DNA of 64,000 bases from Catajapyx aquilonaris (taxonomy: Eukaryota), in contig KZ538025.1 in the NCBI GenBank assembly GCA_000934665.2, forward strand, positions 1 to 64,000, given 5' to 3'. Shown in pieces: positions 15,689 through 26,631 of this stretch. The notes under the pieces were generated by a model. It was not told where the DNA came from. It did no database searches and saw nothing but the letters and a program-made list of their open reading frames with translations. How positions within the stretch are numbered: position 1 is the first letter of the stretch; each line of letters opens with the position of its first letter. The translations under genes were made by a program, and so were the position numbers.

Positions 15689-15886
15689 TAGTGTCCACAT
15701 AAATAACTCATGGAGCCACATTTCCATGGTCACATCTGATAAGGGACCTGATGCAGGAAAGTAATGGGAAATTTAATTGTGGCGATATTTGATTAAATCA
15801 ATGTATTTAGTAACTAGTAGCGTAGCTCGTTATTCGCGCGGTCTGTTTCCATGATAATCACCAACGAAAACTCGTTGACATGGACA

Positions 15887-15914
15887 AACTAACTAACTAA
15901 CTAACTAACTAACT
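15887..15914 (+). repeat. (AACT)7 microsatellite
   Basis: Directly visible tetranucleotide run. Confidence 0.95.
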
Positions 15915-16114
15915 TTGCCTTACAAACTACTGAAATATTTCTCACACCTCGAATACCTCATTCCTTCGCACGGGACCCTAAGAATTATCCGTATACTGGA
16001 TAGGTTTCCGCTATATTCAGATCAAAGACGTTACTGATATTTTTTGCTGGTGAGAAAGAGAGGAAAATGGGGAAATCAAAAATAAGCACCTTACCTCAAT
16101 ATGGTGCAAAATCA

Positions 16115-16380
16115 GTCCATACAGTAGCCTTTTTGTGGAATAGTATGTTTTACCCTATGCGGTTTTACCTGGCATACAGCACATCTTAAAAATAAGGAGA
16201 GCAGTTTCATTTGCAGTAGAAAATGTCCTTCTTGGAATACTCTGAACATATGCTTCTCCTTCCAATATTCTACTTCCAGATTCACTTGCATCACCACGCA
16301 CTGTTCTCTATGAAATTCTGTGCCTGTTGCGGAAACTTTCCATCCACCCATTTGAAGCACTAAATTTTGCCACACCAGCA
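16115..16380 (-). pseudogene. Degraded pogo/Tigger (CENP-B-like) DNA transposase fragment
   Basis: Manual translation across frameshifts gives AGVAKFSASNGWMESFRNRHRIS*RTVRGDASE ... VEYWKE ... EYSKKDIF/TANETAL ... KR-TV. This matches the Tigger/pogo FxASxGWxxxFKxRH HTH, the IFNADETGL first catalytic motif and the KERxTV motif. It contains a stop and frameshifts. Confidence 0.78.
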
Positions 16381-16744
16381 AGTGGGTTAAATAGGCGTGG
16401 AATTTTGAGCTTTATAATAATATGGATGGTGTATCATTCCATATTTAAGATGTAATATATAACAGATTATTTTGAAAAGGTATGCAATATCGGTCTCTGG
16501 TATCAGGTATACCTCAGTGACAAACTGACAATAGACTGAAGATTCCTATAAAATTGTTATGCCGTACTAGCAACTAAACTGCTAACATCAGGCATGTTAT
16601 AACAGTAGCTCAGATGCATGCATTTTAGCAATTTTAATTGATTTTAATCGCCTTTTTGAGTTGAGACTGGAATAACGACAATAGTTTTAATATTTATTAA
16701 ATTTAAATCAATTGCAATATTATTAGAATATATAGGAGGCGTAA

Positions 16745-17067
16745 GGCGAAGTGGCGCTGCGGTAACGTATGCGCCCACGGATGTTAAGGTCCCGGGTTCG
16801 ATCCCACCCCGGGGACATCCCTTCATCTCGTGCAGAGTTAGGCCGTCTCTGGCTTTGTCTCGGGTGGTATTTCCAATAGACTAAACCACCCAGGGGAGTT
16901 CACAAAGCGACCACACATGAGACATTGCACTGATGCACCTTGCACATCTTCTCCTGTCATCCTGCCCGTGGGCCCGGGCGCTACGTATAATGGTTCCAAT
17001 ATACATATGTACGACACATAAATAAATGTCCATGCTATATACCTCTGATGAGGTCAAGCACTACCCA

Positions 17068-17143
<76 letters not shown>
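16745..17143 (+). mobile_element. tRNA-derived SINE with (GAT)n(TAT)n tail
   Basis: Pol III A box TGGCGCTGCGG (16752-16762) and B box GGTTCGATCCC (16795-16805) at tRNA spacing, an ~260 bp non-tRNA body, then (GAT)13(TAT)~12. An imperfect flank repeat TATTATT[A/G]GAATA may be a TSD. Confidence 0.8.
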
Positions 17144-17513
17144 GGAATACTTAAACAAATGCCCAAATGACCGTTCAGTTAAAAGTGCCTCATTTATTTG
17201 TAAAAGTGTAAAACCAAATGTATCACAATGATTTTTAAAGGCGTACACGCCTGTAAAAAATTTCATAATTGTGTGGGATTGAATTTGCAGATAAGAAAAA
17301 TGTTTGAGTGCTGACGGACTGAAGTGAAAAATGTTATAATTATAACATTAGTGACCAGCATGTGCATAAGCAGATATACTGTATCGGCTGCATCTATCAG
17401 TGTACAAAATGGTTTAAAACTGTATATAAAACTATACCTGAAAAACTACCCTACAGTGTACAATTTCGATTAAGAAATGTGCATAGATATTGAATATAGG
17501 CATTTATCCCATT

Positions 17514-18076
17514 CAGTGTCGGATTTAGATGAAGAGAGGCCTAAGACTATGTCCAATTGTGAGGCCCTTCCCAACAACCTAGGAACCTAGGTTATTATCC
17601 CAAAATCGGTAAAAACCACTAATATATTAATGATTTTTTTGGAAAAAGTGCTACCAATTTCATCAAATACATTACAGCACTGTATCTCATATTGGTTTTT
17701 AAATGAACGCAAATACAGGGGCCTAGGCAGAAAAATTTCGGGAGGGTGTCCATAAACCATAACTTCGGTTAATTTTTGGGGTTCAATGTCATATGAGCTT
17801 GATGTATGTGGGAGATTTGAATGGGTGTGAAAAAGAATGGAGGTGACCGCCTCCGGCTCCCATACTTCCGACGGCGGGCAGTGAGTTATAAGACAATATG
17901 TGTAAGATGAGCTTGTCGGTTGAAATGATTGTGTAGAAGTGTTGGTCTGCACAGTGGCCGTTGCTGCAAGCCAACCCAAACAACAACAATAAAAAACACC
18001 TTGGCCGGAGGCCCCCTAGCCTTTGAGGCCCTAGGCTTCAGCCTACCTTAATAGCCTAATGGTAAATCCGGCCCTC
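17514..18076. mobile_element. Non-autonomous hAT-type MITE (563 bp) with 8-bp target site duplication
   Basis: Imperfect TIRs CAGTGTCGGATTTA ... TAAATCCGGCCCTC (11/14) and an exact ATCCCATT on both sides (17506-17513 and 18077-18084). There are AGGCC/GGCCT-rich subterminal motifs and no coding capacity. Confidence 0.85.
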
Positions 18077-18116
18077 ATCCCATTGTATTGGATGGTGGGA
18101 TAAATGCATCCACAAC

Positions 18117-18337
18117 CAGCATTTCTCAACCGGGGTTCCGCGGCACCATCGGGTTCCGCGAGCAATCGCCAGAGGTTCCGCGAGAAATAGTGCCAAATAG
18201 GCTAATTATATGTAAAGGTCCCCACCCGACCCCCCAGCACTAAATCTGAGACAGCTACAGACTGTTCAAAACTTGAATGTGTCCACTGCAAGAAGGGATT
18301 TGGGCTGCTGTACTGAAGGCAAAGGTGGTAAAACACC
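18117..18337 (+). mobile_element. One end of a hAT (Buster/Charlie-like) element
   Basis: Begins CAGCATTTCTCAACCGGGGTTCCGCG, resembling Buster/Charlie termini, followed by three GGTTCCGCG subterminal repeats. No matching opposite TIR was found, and the right boundary is approximate. Confidence 0.6.
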
Positions 18338-18550
18338 AAGTAATTAAGAGATTGTAGTGTAGTGTACACTAACGATTAACTATGGGTTTCCATGATCCAA
18401 CCCACGCCACACAGTTACAAAAGGAGGGCCACTCTGGTCGAAAATGGCAGCTGGGGAGTGTCATTTGAATTTTGTTTACCCATATCGTCTTGTGACTTTT
18501 GTAAAATCTGCATACCTAGACAAATGTACATCAGCAGAGATTCAAAACTC
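18338..18550 (+). repeat. Dispersed direct repeat, copy 2 (213 bp)
   Basis: Same sequence as 15415-15688 with a 61-bp internal deletion and a few substitutions. Confidence 0.92.
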
Positions 18551-18629
18551 AGTAAAAGTCATATAAATGTAACTTTTCCAGTTCCCGTTTCGAATAAAAC
18601 AGATACGGAACTTTCAACCTTCTTTTGGG

Positions 18630-18660
18630 CAGGTGTCCCTATTATTTTGTCCATCCTCTG
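18630..18660 (-). mobile_element. Possible solitary Tc1/mariner terminal sequence
   Basis: Minus strand CAGAGGATGGACAAAATAATAGGGACACCTG resembles Tc1-type TIRs. No partner end or TA TSD was seen. Confidence 0.3.
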
Positions 18661-20401
18661 AAACTCCGAAAACGCTCGTAAAATTAGCAAAAACTGATTA
18701 TTACTTAACTTTCACTGGTACAACAATCGTAAATCTTTTTGCCTCCATATGTTGCCACAGTTCAGCTACATACGGAAATATGCAATTAATACCTAATAAC
18801 TATTAAAATTGCTTCACGTATTTATTTGTGTTACACCCATAATTGGACTTGGCCGATTTTGATCTCAGACCCGTTAAATATTCTAAAATCCGAAAACTAA
18901 AACACCTCTGGTGGAATAAATGATTCTGTCGACGGCGGATTCTGTACATAAAACTAAAATTAATATTATTTTTTTTGCATGAGTATCGCCTCCAATCGAG
19001 TCTTGGCGGCGCGGCGGCCTAACAAGCTTCTTGCAGGCGCTTATACTGTATACCAGTGTATAGGATTCGGACCGATTCGGACTCTACTTATGTATGTACG
19101 TACATGTTGTAGACAACGGCTCATAAATCGCAGCACATAACATCACCTAAAACTAAAACTGTAGTTTATACGGAAGGTTATTGTGTACGTCAATCGGGAG
19201 CACGGATGAAAAATATACGTGGAACATAATTATATTAATTTAAAAAACAATAAACCTCTGGAGATATATATTTTAAATATATCCTCCTCCACAGCTTCGT
19301 TGTCTAATATTTATTATACTTATTATTTTCCGCCTAGATAGGCCTACTTCAAGAAAACATAATACTACTAATTCATCCGCGCTCCCTATTGAAGTAGGCA
19401 GGAGCTGCTGACACCATCTGAGGCAATTTATGAAACAGATCATGGTAATTCACACTATTATGAGGAACAGAGGAACCAAGACCGACCAGCAAGACTCAAT
19501 AAATACTCGATAAACACCGATAAATACTGAACACATTCAGTGATTGACAATCTCCAGCAACCCAAATCGAAGCATAACACTTAGTTAACGGTTTAAATTT
19601 TATAAATATTATACAAAACCCCAATTTTCCATATTGGTTACCATAAAATAGGCACTTCAAATTTGAGAGGAATTTTAAACGACCGATTTAATAACTTAAA
19701 CATTCAGTACGTCACAGCATGCTCTACTCTAAAAAATTGTCGCACATTGTTAATAAATCGAGTCTCATGGCGATCAATCAATCTAGGCACAATACAAATA
19801 TCACGAACCAGATGATCAGTCTTGAGCGTAGCCGATATATAGGGCACGGTGGTGACAGCTGAAAAGAGCCAATGAAAAGAACCCTTGACGACCTACGGCC
19901 ACCAAGAATGGAGGAGGACCCAAAAAGGTGTGGGTGAAGGTGGGGTGAAAAGGTATTTCACATCAAAGACACCCACTGTCTTGGTGGTCCATGAGTGCTA
20001 CGAAGGGCGACCCGTATGGTGATAGGTGGTGAGGAGGAAAGTAAAAAAGGAGCCGGCAGACATCCCGAGTCGATGATGAACGACTAGCAGGGTGGGTCAC
20101 CATCCTCGCAACACGCTGGGTGACGTTCCAGGAGATGTCGCGCTGGTTTGTCCTGTCACTGATAAAAAACAGAATGATTTAATCAGGTTGCGGGGAAAAC
20201 CGATGGGGATTGGTCATCTCCTCCCTAATCACTTTCTAGCCCGATTGGTTTTCAGGAAATAAACTCATTCAAGGGGTGGACATCTTGTCACGTGTTTGTT
20301 AAACGAGGTCGAGGGATTGGGGCGGGGATATTTGATACGTACTAATGGAGCAGGTTTCATGGCAATATATAGCGAGACTAAATTGCGATTTGTTTGCAGG
20401 A

Positions 20402-20470
20402 AAATGTGACATTATGGCGCTTTACAATGTGGAAATGTGACATTATGGCGCTTTACAATGTGGAAATGTG
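20402..20470 (+). repeat. 31-bp perfect tandem duplication
   Basis: AAATGTGACATTATGGCGCTTTACAATGTGG x2 followed by AAATGTG. Confidence 0.95.
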
Positions 20471-21428
20471 CCAAGCAACTTCAATATGTGTAAATAAAGG
20501 GAATTGCACATTTCTTTCTGGTTGTAGCGAAAGAACAAGGTTCTACTCCAATGAATCCTGGCAGGTTTAAGAGATGCACATTCCACTGCAAAATCTAAGC
20601 AAATGACTCATGAAGAGTGCCTTCTACTTGTTTGGATCTTACATAGAATGTGCACAGAATAGTTGTGTCCCGAGGGTGTCACACCGCTTGTGACCACATG
20701 TGCATCCTTGCTGCGGCAATACAAGAATAAAGGAGCCATTGATACACCCTCCATGTAGCTTCCTGGGTCACTTCTTTTCATGACCTGTGGTCATAAAATA
20801 TCTACGTCGACAGCAGCTTTGTTGCTTTTAGAAGATTCCTTTCCTCCTTCTCTCAGGCTGAAGTAGTTTGTGAAAAACACTGTCCATCCTTAATGCCTGG
20901 TATTCTACCGGATAATAAGCGGTTGGGAACGAAAGGATTGCTCCTCTTCTTATGTCCCTGAAGGGGTAATCCGTAAATGGGCTCTTTTTGTTACGTTACC
21001 AGAAGGCTTTTGTGCGCTTAAAAGCATTTTATATTGCTGGTGAGTTGAGACCGCTAAAGCAAAGTGTCAGAAGATGAGTGAGGTTTGTGGGTTAGTGGCC
21101 ATTCCTAGGTCTCAAACACATGGATTAAGTTGTGTTGTCAACTATGGACCTTACTTTAGTATCACTTTCTTTGCGTCTCCGTCAAATGCAGGTAACGTAA
21201 AATACAGCCTTCCTTTGAAGAAAGTTGCAGGTTGGTTTGAAAGGTGTTTGTAACTTAGTGCAATAACTGAATTACATCTCGTTGATTGCAGGGCTTCCCA
21301 AGGCCTGTCTTTTTCTAGTAGGCATCATGTAATTATGCAAAATATATTAGCAGAGTTTATTACGAAAATGGAAGACAGGTGTGTCTTTATTATGGAATGT
21401 TGGACTGATGTTTCTCAAAGTGACTATA

Positions 21429-21521
21429 CATGGTGTTCCAAGGTTCGTGGGTCACTTCTTAATAACTGCTATCGGGCGATATCAATGATTAAAAAGTGAC
21501 CCACGATCCTGGAACACCCTG
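21429..21521. mobile_element. Miniature Tc1/mariner-type MITE (93 bp)
   Basis: TA|CATGGTGTTCCAAGGTTCGTGGGTCACTTCTTAAT ... ATTAAAAAGTGACCCACGATCCTGGAACACCCTG|TA: ~35-bp imperfect TIRs with a CAGGGTGT-type terminus and TA flanks. Confidence 0.82.
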
Positions 21522-24500
21522 TATAGGCTATTGTTGACTGTCCCGTTTCTCGTGTCACTTTAGACTGTTCATTTTTTAATTATTCAAATTCTGTGCGTTT
21601 TTGTAATAGATGTACCTGAACCTTTTACAGTATAATTAGGTGCAGTTATGTTAATTCATTGAGCCTTCCCGCAAATTCTTTAACTCATCGGCATGAAACC
21701 GTGTCTTATGTAGAACCAGCTTCACGAAGAATCTAAAGGACGGCAGATGTGCAGCCTATATAGAATGTTGTCGGCCTCAGCCTGCCGAAAGCCGGATCTC
21801 TTGTGTGTCCTCCGCAACCCTATCATTATGGGCTTTAAAGGATTTAATTTAATTGTATTTTTGAGCAGAGAGAAGGGGAAGGGTAAAATGTATCATGTGC
21901 TCCCTTGACGTGGCTTACGATTCGCGGTGCTGATGGTTCCATCTTCCACGGCACTGGAAGGGGTAATTTGTGCCTACTTTTTGTGGTGCCCGTGGGAAAC
22001 GTGGATGTTTTCATGCGAGAATGAGAAAGGTAGTATTTAACACGACTGATGATAATCATGGATTTTAAGGTCTCTCCTTTTCGTAGTTTGCAACCATTTT
22101 AAATAGGACATAAAGGTCGACAACTGCTAGTTAGAGTGAACGTGCCATTTAATCTTGGTATGCCTCTAAGGTGATTTGTATAGGTCCAACAAATTCAATA
22201 ATTTTGTCACTCCCAGGTGGATGGACATGTTTCGAGCTACACCCCGTTGGTAAATGATAATATTGTGCCCATATTAATTCACCCGGTGTATACCACCAGC
22301 AGTAAATCAGTCAGCGTGGTATGCATGCTCCATACTACCTGCGCTCCTGTTTGAACCGTTTGTTCCCACGCCACTCCCAACAACATGATTCAGGTCCGAA
22401 CCTGCGCCGAAGATAAGGATCCCGAGTGATGATATAAGGCGAAATATTTCATTTTTTTGGTTGGGTCACCACCCAAGAACAGAGTCGGAGAGCACGCGGC
22501 TTTTTGTGGTGGCAGAGAAAGAAGTCCCCGTGCCCTGGCAGGGGGTCATCCCTGGGCCTAGTTGCCGGCGGGAGCCTGGGCTTGGGGGACCGGGGCCCTG
22601 GGACGCTGGTCGCCGCTCCCCCGCCAAGGAGACCGCGGGACCTCCTGTCTGTCTCTTTTCACCGAGGATGGGTTGCTCACCCGCCGGCTACCTACGCCAA
22701 AATACTTCCTAACCCTGCTTGTCTCTAGCTAGCCCTTGGGACGTCGACACTCATGCCCCAGGAACTGCAATGACGGATATATCCAGATTTGAGGTGCATT
22801 CCGCGGCATATCGCGTGTTGTCGCAGGGGCATGTCATCATGCTCCATATATTCACGTAAATATAAAAGTGAGCAGGATGTTTGGAAATTGTGGTGTCGTA
22901 TATTCAATGACGGAAATGTCACTTACTAATTGATTACGAGTCGTAACTTTTAAAAAAGCAACAACAAATAAGTTCCTGTTGTTAACTCAGACCCAATCAG
23001 CTGCCACAGAGAAAAATAAATCTTGCGATTTAGTAGCAACATTTATTAATATTCCAAGCAGTGGTTTGGGTTGTTGTGTGGCAGACGGGGAATGCCATTA
23101 AGCAGAAAAAGATGAAAAGGAGGAGGGAAGAAATACTTGATGATTCGTTTCAGGGGCCGTTGAAATGCAGCATCCGCTCTCCTCCTAGCCCGTAAAGCAC
23201 AGGGAATTCTTGTGGGCAGTCCAAAGTGCCAATGGAGTATGCAAACCCACGGCTGGTAGCGCCATTATGCTTATGGATGCGAGTTAGGCCTAGGGAGGGA
23301 GGGACCCAGCAACGAGTTCCATACTGGGGTAGCTGCTCGGCAATAAACTGCTGTCGTTTATGTCCCAAACTGGGAGGATTTATGGAAAGTGGAGAAGCAT
23401 CAAGGTTGGCTTCCCTTTGACGGGTGCTTTTTCGGGGCTTTCCGTCTTAAAATGTGGAAAGGTTAATAGAGAGTTGGTTGAATGTCTCTGGAAGGATGGT
23501 ACTTCATGGCCATTGGGGTCTCTGGGGTCTTCTTGGAGATAGGGTTTGTCGCTTTTTCTCAGAAGCTGCGGGTGGGTGTGTAATTGATTTTGTCTACGAC
23601 GCCGTCTGCGACATACAAGTTTAGTGATGTAAAGTATTTTTTTGAGTCATATGCTCACCAGGTGGATGTAATTTTCCAATAGGACACCTCCTGACCTGAT
23701 TAAGCTACCCTTACCTCTGTCAATTATGTGACCACTAAGCCCTTGTCGCACAAAATCGCCTAACGCTTCTCCGCACTATTTATCGCCACACCCAGCTGTC
23801 ACGTGAGCATTTTCACACCTATTCACAACACTCAAAACGAACCGAAAATTACACACTGGTGAACATATAGCTTCTTAATTTTTTGTGCTGGTGTGGGAAC
23901 ACCTAGACGTATCCTTTTCTTTGCGCAAATTCAAGCTGACAAGGAGGAAATTCATTCAGGCCGATAACAAAATGGCCACAGAAAGACTACCAAGGAGCGA
24001 TCCGGATGACCAGTTTGGGAGCGCTTTGCATTCTGATGAGCTCCAATTGAAAGCTAGCCAGGCGCAGTGAATTTGTGTTACGGGTTGCTGTGTCGCTGGA
24101 TAGCATTCTTTTCTCCCACACTGAAGTTTTTTTGTGCATTAAAAAGGGAAGGGGGCAGTTGGTGGTTATTTGTGACCGGATTCTCTTCGGGAGCCTCCAA
24201 CTTGCGACCAAGCGGTAGTTTTAAAAAGAAAATAATAGACCCACACTTTCATGCGGACTGACAAGGCGGTTTGTCTATAGAGACCAGGCGCAGGTCTGTC
24301 ACCAGACTTTGGGGGTCACATTGCCAAAGATTCTCTCCTTTCTGTTTTATGGCTTTGGTTCAGCTCTCATATAAGCAGCAATCGCGAGGAGTAAACCTGT
24401 TCCTGGGTATAGTTATTGTCGGTAAGGATCGAGAATTATTCGGGTGGTGTGGGATGGCGGCGGTGTGTGTATTATATGGGGGGATGTATCTGGTAGGATG

Positions 24501-25499
24501 TGTGTTCATACTTGGAAAAACCTGCTGAAAATAGTTTTATTGCGGATGGATTCAATGGCTGTCTTCTTTCTGAGAGCTTGGAAGGTGACTCATACGCCAA
24601 ATTAAGTAGGTATTTTATGGCAAATAAGATTCTAGGCAATAAAATTCCATAGATCTAGTAAGAACTTACTATATCCCTTGCTTAAATTATGACTGGGTAC
24701 GATTTAACACTATCCTTCAGGGTCAATATCCCAGCAAAAATACGCACTCGATAATTGAAAATAAATGGTGGATATAACCATTAAATTCCGCATAACTTAT
24801 AGATAATATTGCTCGAATTTGCATATCGCAAATTATATGTATTAAAGCTAATTATTTGTAATGAACCACAGCATTTACTGACTGCAGTGGTATAGCCATT
24901 TTGTCCCGGGCATATTTATTTCCTATTATTTAAATGAAATTTGCTATTTCTATTGCGCGAATAAAATTTTTAAGTGACAACCATTGAGATTTTTTCACTG
25001 AAACTTCCAGTATTTACCTTGTTCGGCAAACATCATCACACAAATACGCAGTATGCTTTGGTCGATAACATATCTTTTCAGTATAAATAAAATAATCGTG
25101 ACAAATTATATCTCCACTTTGGCTGACATGGTCCAGGAGCCTGCTCTTCAACTGCCGTTTGCCAATAGATACCTACGCACTTAATGAACTTGAGAATAAA
25201 TTATTGGGAATTAAGTTGATACATACAGTTATGTATAGGTCAGAGACACGTCAGATTTACTTTGGAGCATCATGATATTACATTATTTTCCTAAAAAAAT
25301 TAATGGCAACATACACTCTACAGTGGCATTCAAGCATATATTGTTTGTCAATTCATTAAAAAACCATGCGGACTTAATTTAAGAGAAATCTGTATTATTT
25401 ACACTTCTGTGGACACACATTCACAAAAATGCACAACTGAAAGGTGAGTATTATGAATAACATCCAATTACTACATAAACATTGGAGAGAAATTGCCTC

Positions 25500-26183
25500 G
25501 GAAATTACACTTTAATAAATATCTGACTTTATTATTATAATTTTGCTAACTACAGATTCAATATGAATCATTAAGAAAATGATGCTCTCAATTGCCCCTG
25601 TGAAAATAATCTCCTGTCAATATATCAGTCGAATATATTAAATACAATGTAGTATATATCATGCAATTATAAACACATTCAATTCCAGTAGCAATACAGT
25701 ACGTAATTGAACGCTTATTTTATTGACGTATAATCGTACAGGGTACATATCGAATATCCAGTATTTTCAGAACTTTATTTTATACAGATAAAGAATAACA
25801 TTACGGCCTAAAGATTTCATGACTAATTGAGGAAGCTCCAGCAAAAAATTGAAAAGCCAGAATTTGTTTTTAAAAATCCCGACGATTATAATGAGTACCT
25901 CACATCGCCTCACGTACTCTTAATATTGAATGCATATACGCCACACATTCTAACTTTTTGTGAGCCATTCTTGCAGGAACCCCATCAATTAATGCTTATC
26001 GCACAACAACATGAAATGAATCACAGAAAAGGAATCCAAAAGATACTCTTGGTGCATCCAATATTCATACCGCCATTAGACGGCCTTTACTTCAATAAAC
26101 AATACACGATAACATCAACTGGCATTTTAATGCCCCATTTTCCATATCCTTGGAACTTATCCACACAAAAAAAAATCACTAGC
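25500..26183 (-). terminator. Probable 3' UTR with candidate polyadenylation signals
   Basis: AU-rich sequence after the TAG, with minus-strand AATAAA at ~25779-25774, ~25724-25719 and ~25533-25528. The true cleavage site cannot be determined from sequence. Confidence 0.55.
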
Positions 26184-26631
26184 CTATTCAGTGTTGATAA
26201 TCGAGTCTATACTGAAGCTGGCTCCGCCTGAATCGGAGGAACGCGATGACCCTTGAGGTGGTTCCCCGGTAGTTGCATTGGCACCAGAAGAACTCTCCTC
26301 AGGTTCGGTGTCCTCCTCTTCCCCAGCGGTGGCACTGGCGAACCCAAGATGCTGCATGGCCTGAAGGTTGTGGGTCAGACTGTGCCGCCGGAGGTCACAG
26401 TTTCTCCGGAACACCTTTCCGCAGCTGGTGCAATGGTACGGCTTGATGTCCGTGTGAGTGAGCAGGTGCGTCTTCAGGTTGGAACGTTGATTGAAGCTTC
26501 TTCCGCAGGTAGGACACTTGTGTGGTGATTCCTCCATGTGGAGGATCTTGTGCACAGCCAAAGTCCGGGATTGGCAGAAGCCTTTGCCGCATTCACCACA
26601 TTTGAACGGCTTTTCCTTAGAGTGGATGTAC
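26184..26631 (-). CDS. sob: Odd-skipped family zinc-finger TF (sob-like), last coding exon: end of ZF2, ZF3-ZF5 and C-terminal eh1 motif
   Basis: Acceptor TTTTTCTCCCGCCAG|G at 26632/26631. The AG+G junction rebuilds the Arg codon, giving ...[92 protein letters not shown]...[10 protein letters not shown] (TAG 26186-26184). TDIKPY and RRHSLTHNL match what I recall for sob. The joined protein is 334+1+148 = 483 aa. Confidence 0.94.
26196..26216 (-). other. eh1 Groucho/TLE co-repressor binding motif (FSIDSII)
   Basis: Matches the FxIxxIL/M eh1 consensus at the extreme C-terminus, as known for arthropod odd-skipped family repressors. Confidence 0.85.

Noticed and set aside
16745..16820. Functional tRNA gene
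   Set aside because: A and B boxes are present, but there is no pairing acceptor stem or oligo-T terminator. It continues into a SINE body and microsatellite tail.
17045..17070. Hammerhead ribozyme core (CTGATGAG) at the SINE 3' end
   Set aside because: No stem II followed by GAAA and no stem III; the motif just precedes the (GAT)n tail.
15227..17266. Poly-Leu and poly-Asn/His ORFs (15227-15415, 17054-17266)
   Set aside because: These are translations of (AAT)n and (GAT)n(TAT)n microsatellites.
15415..18550. LTR retrotransposon/TRIM bounded by the direct repeats
   Set aside because: No TG...CA ends, PBS, PPT or TSD; the interior is a mix of unrelated DNA-transposon and SINE pieces.
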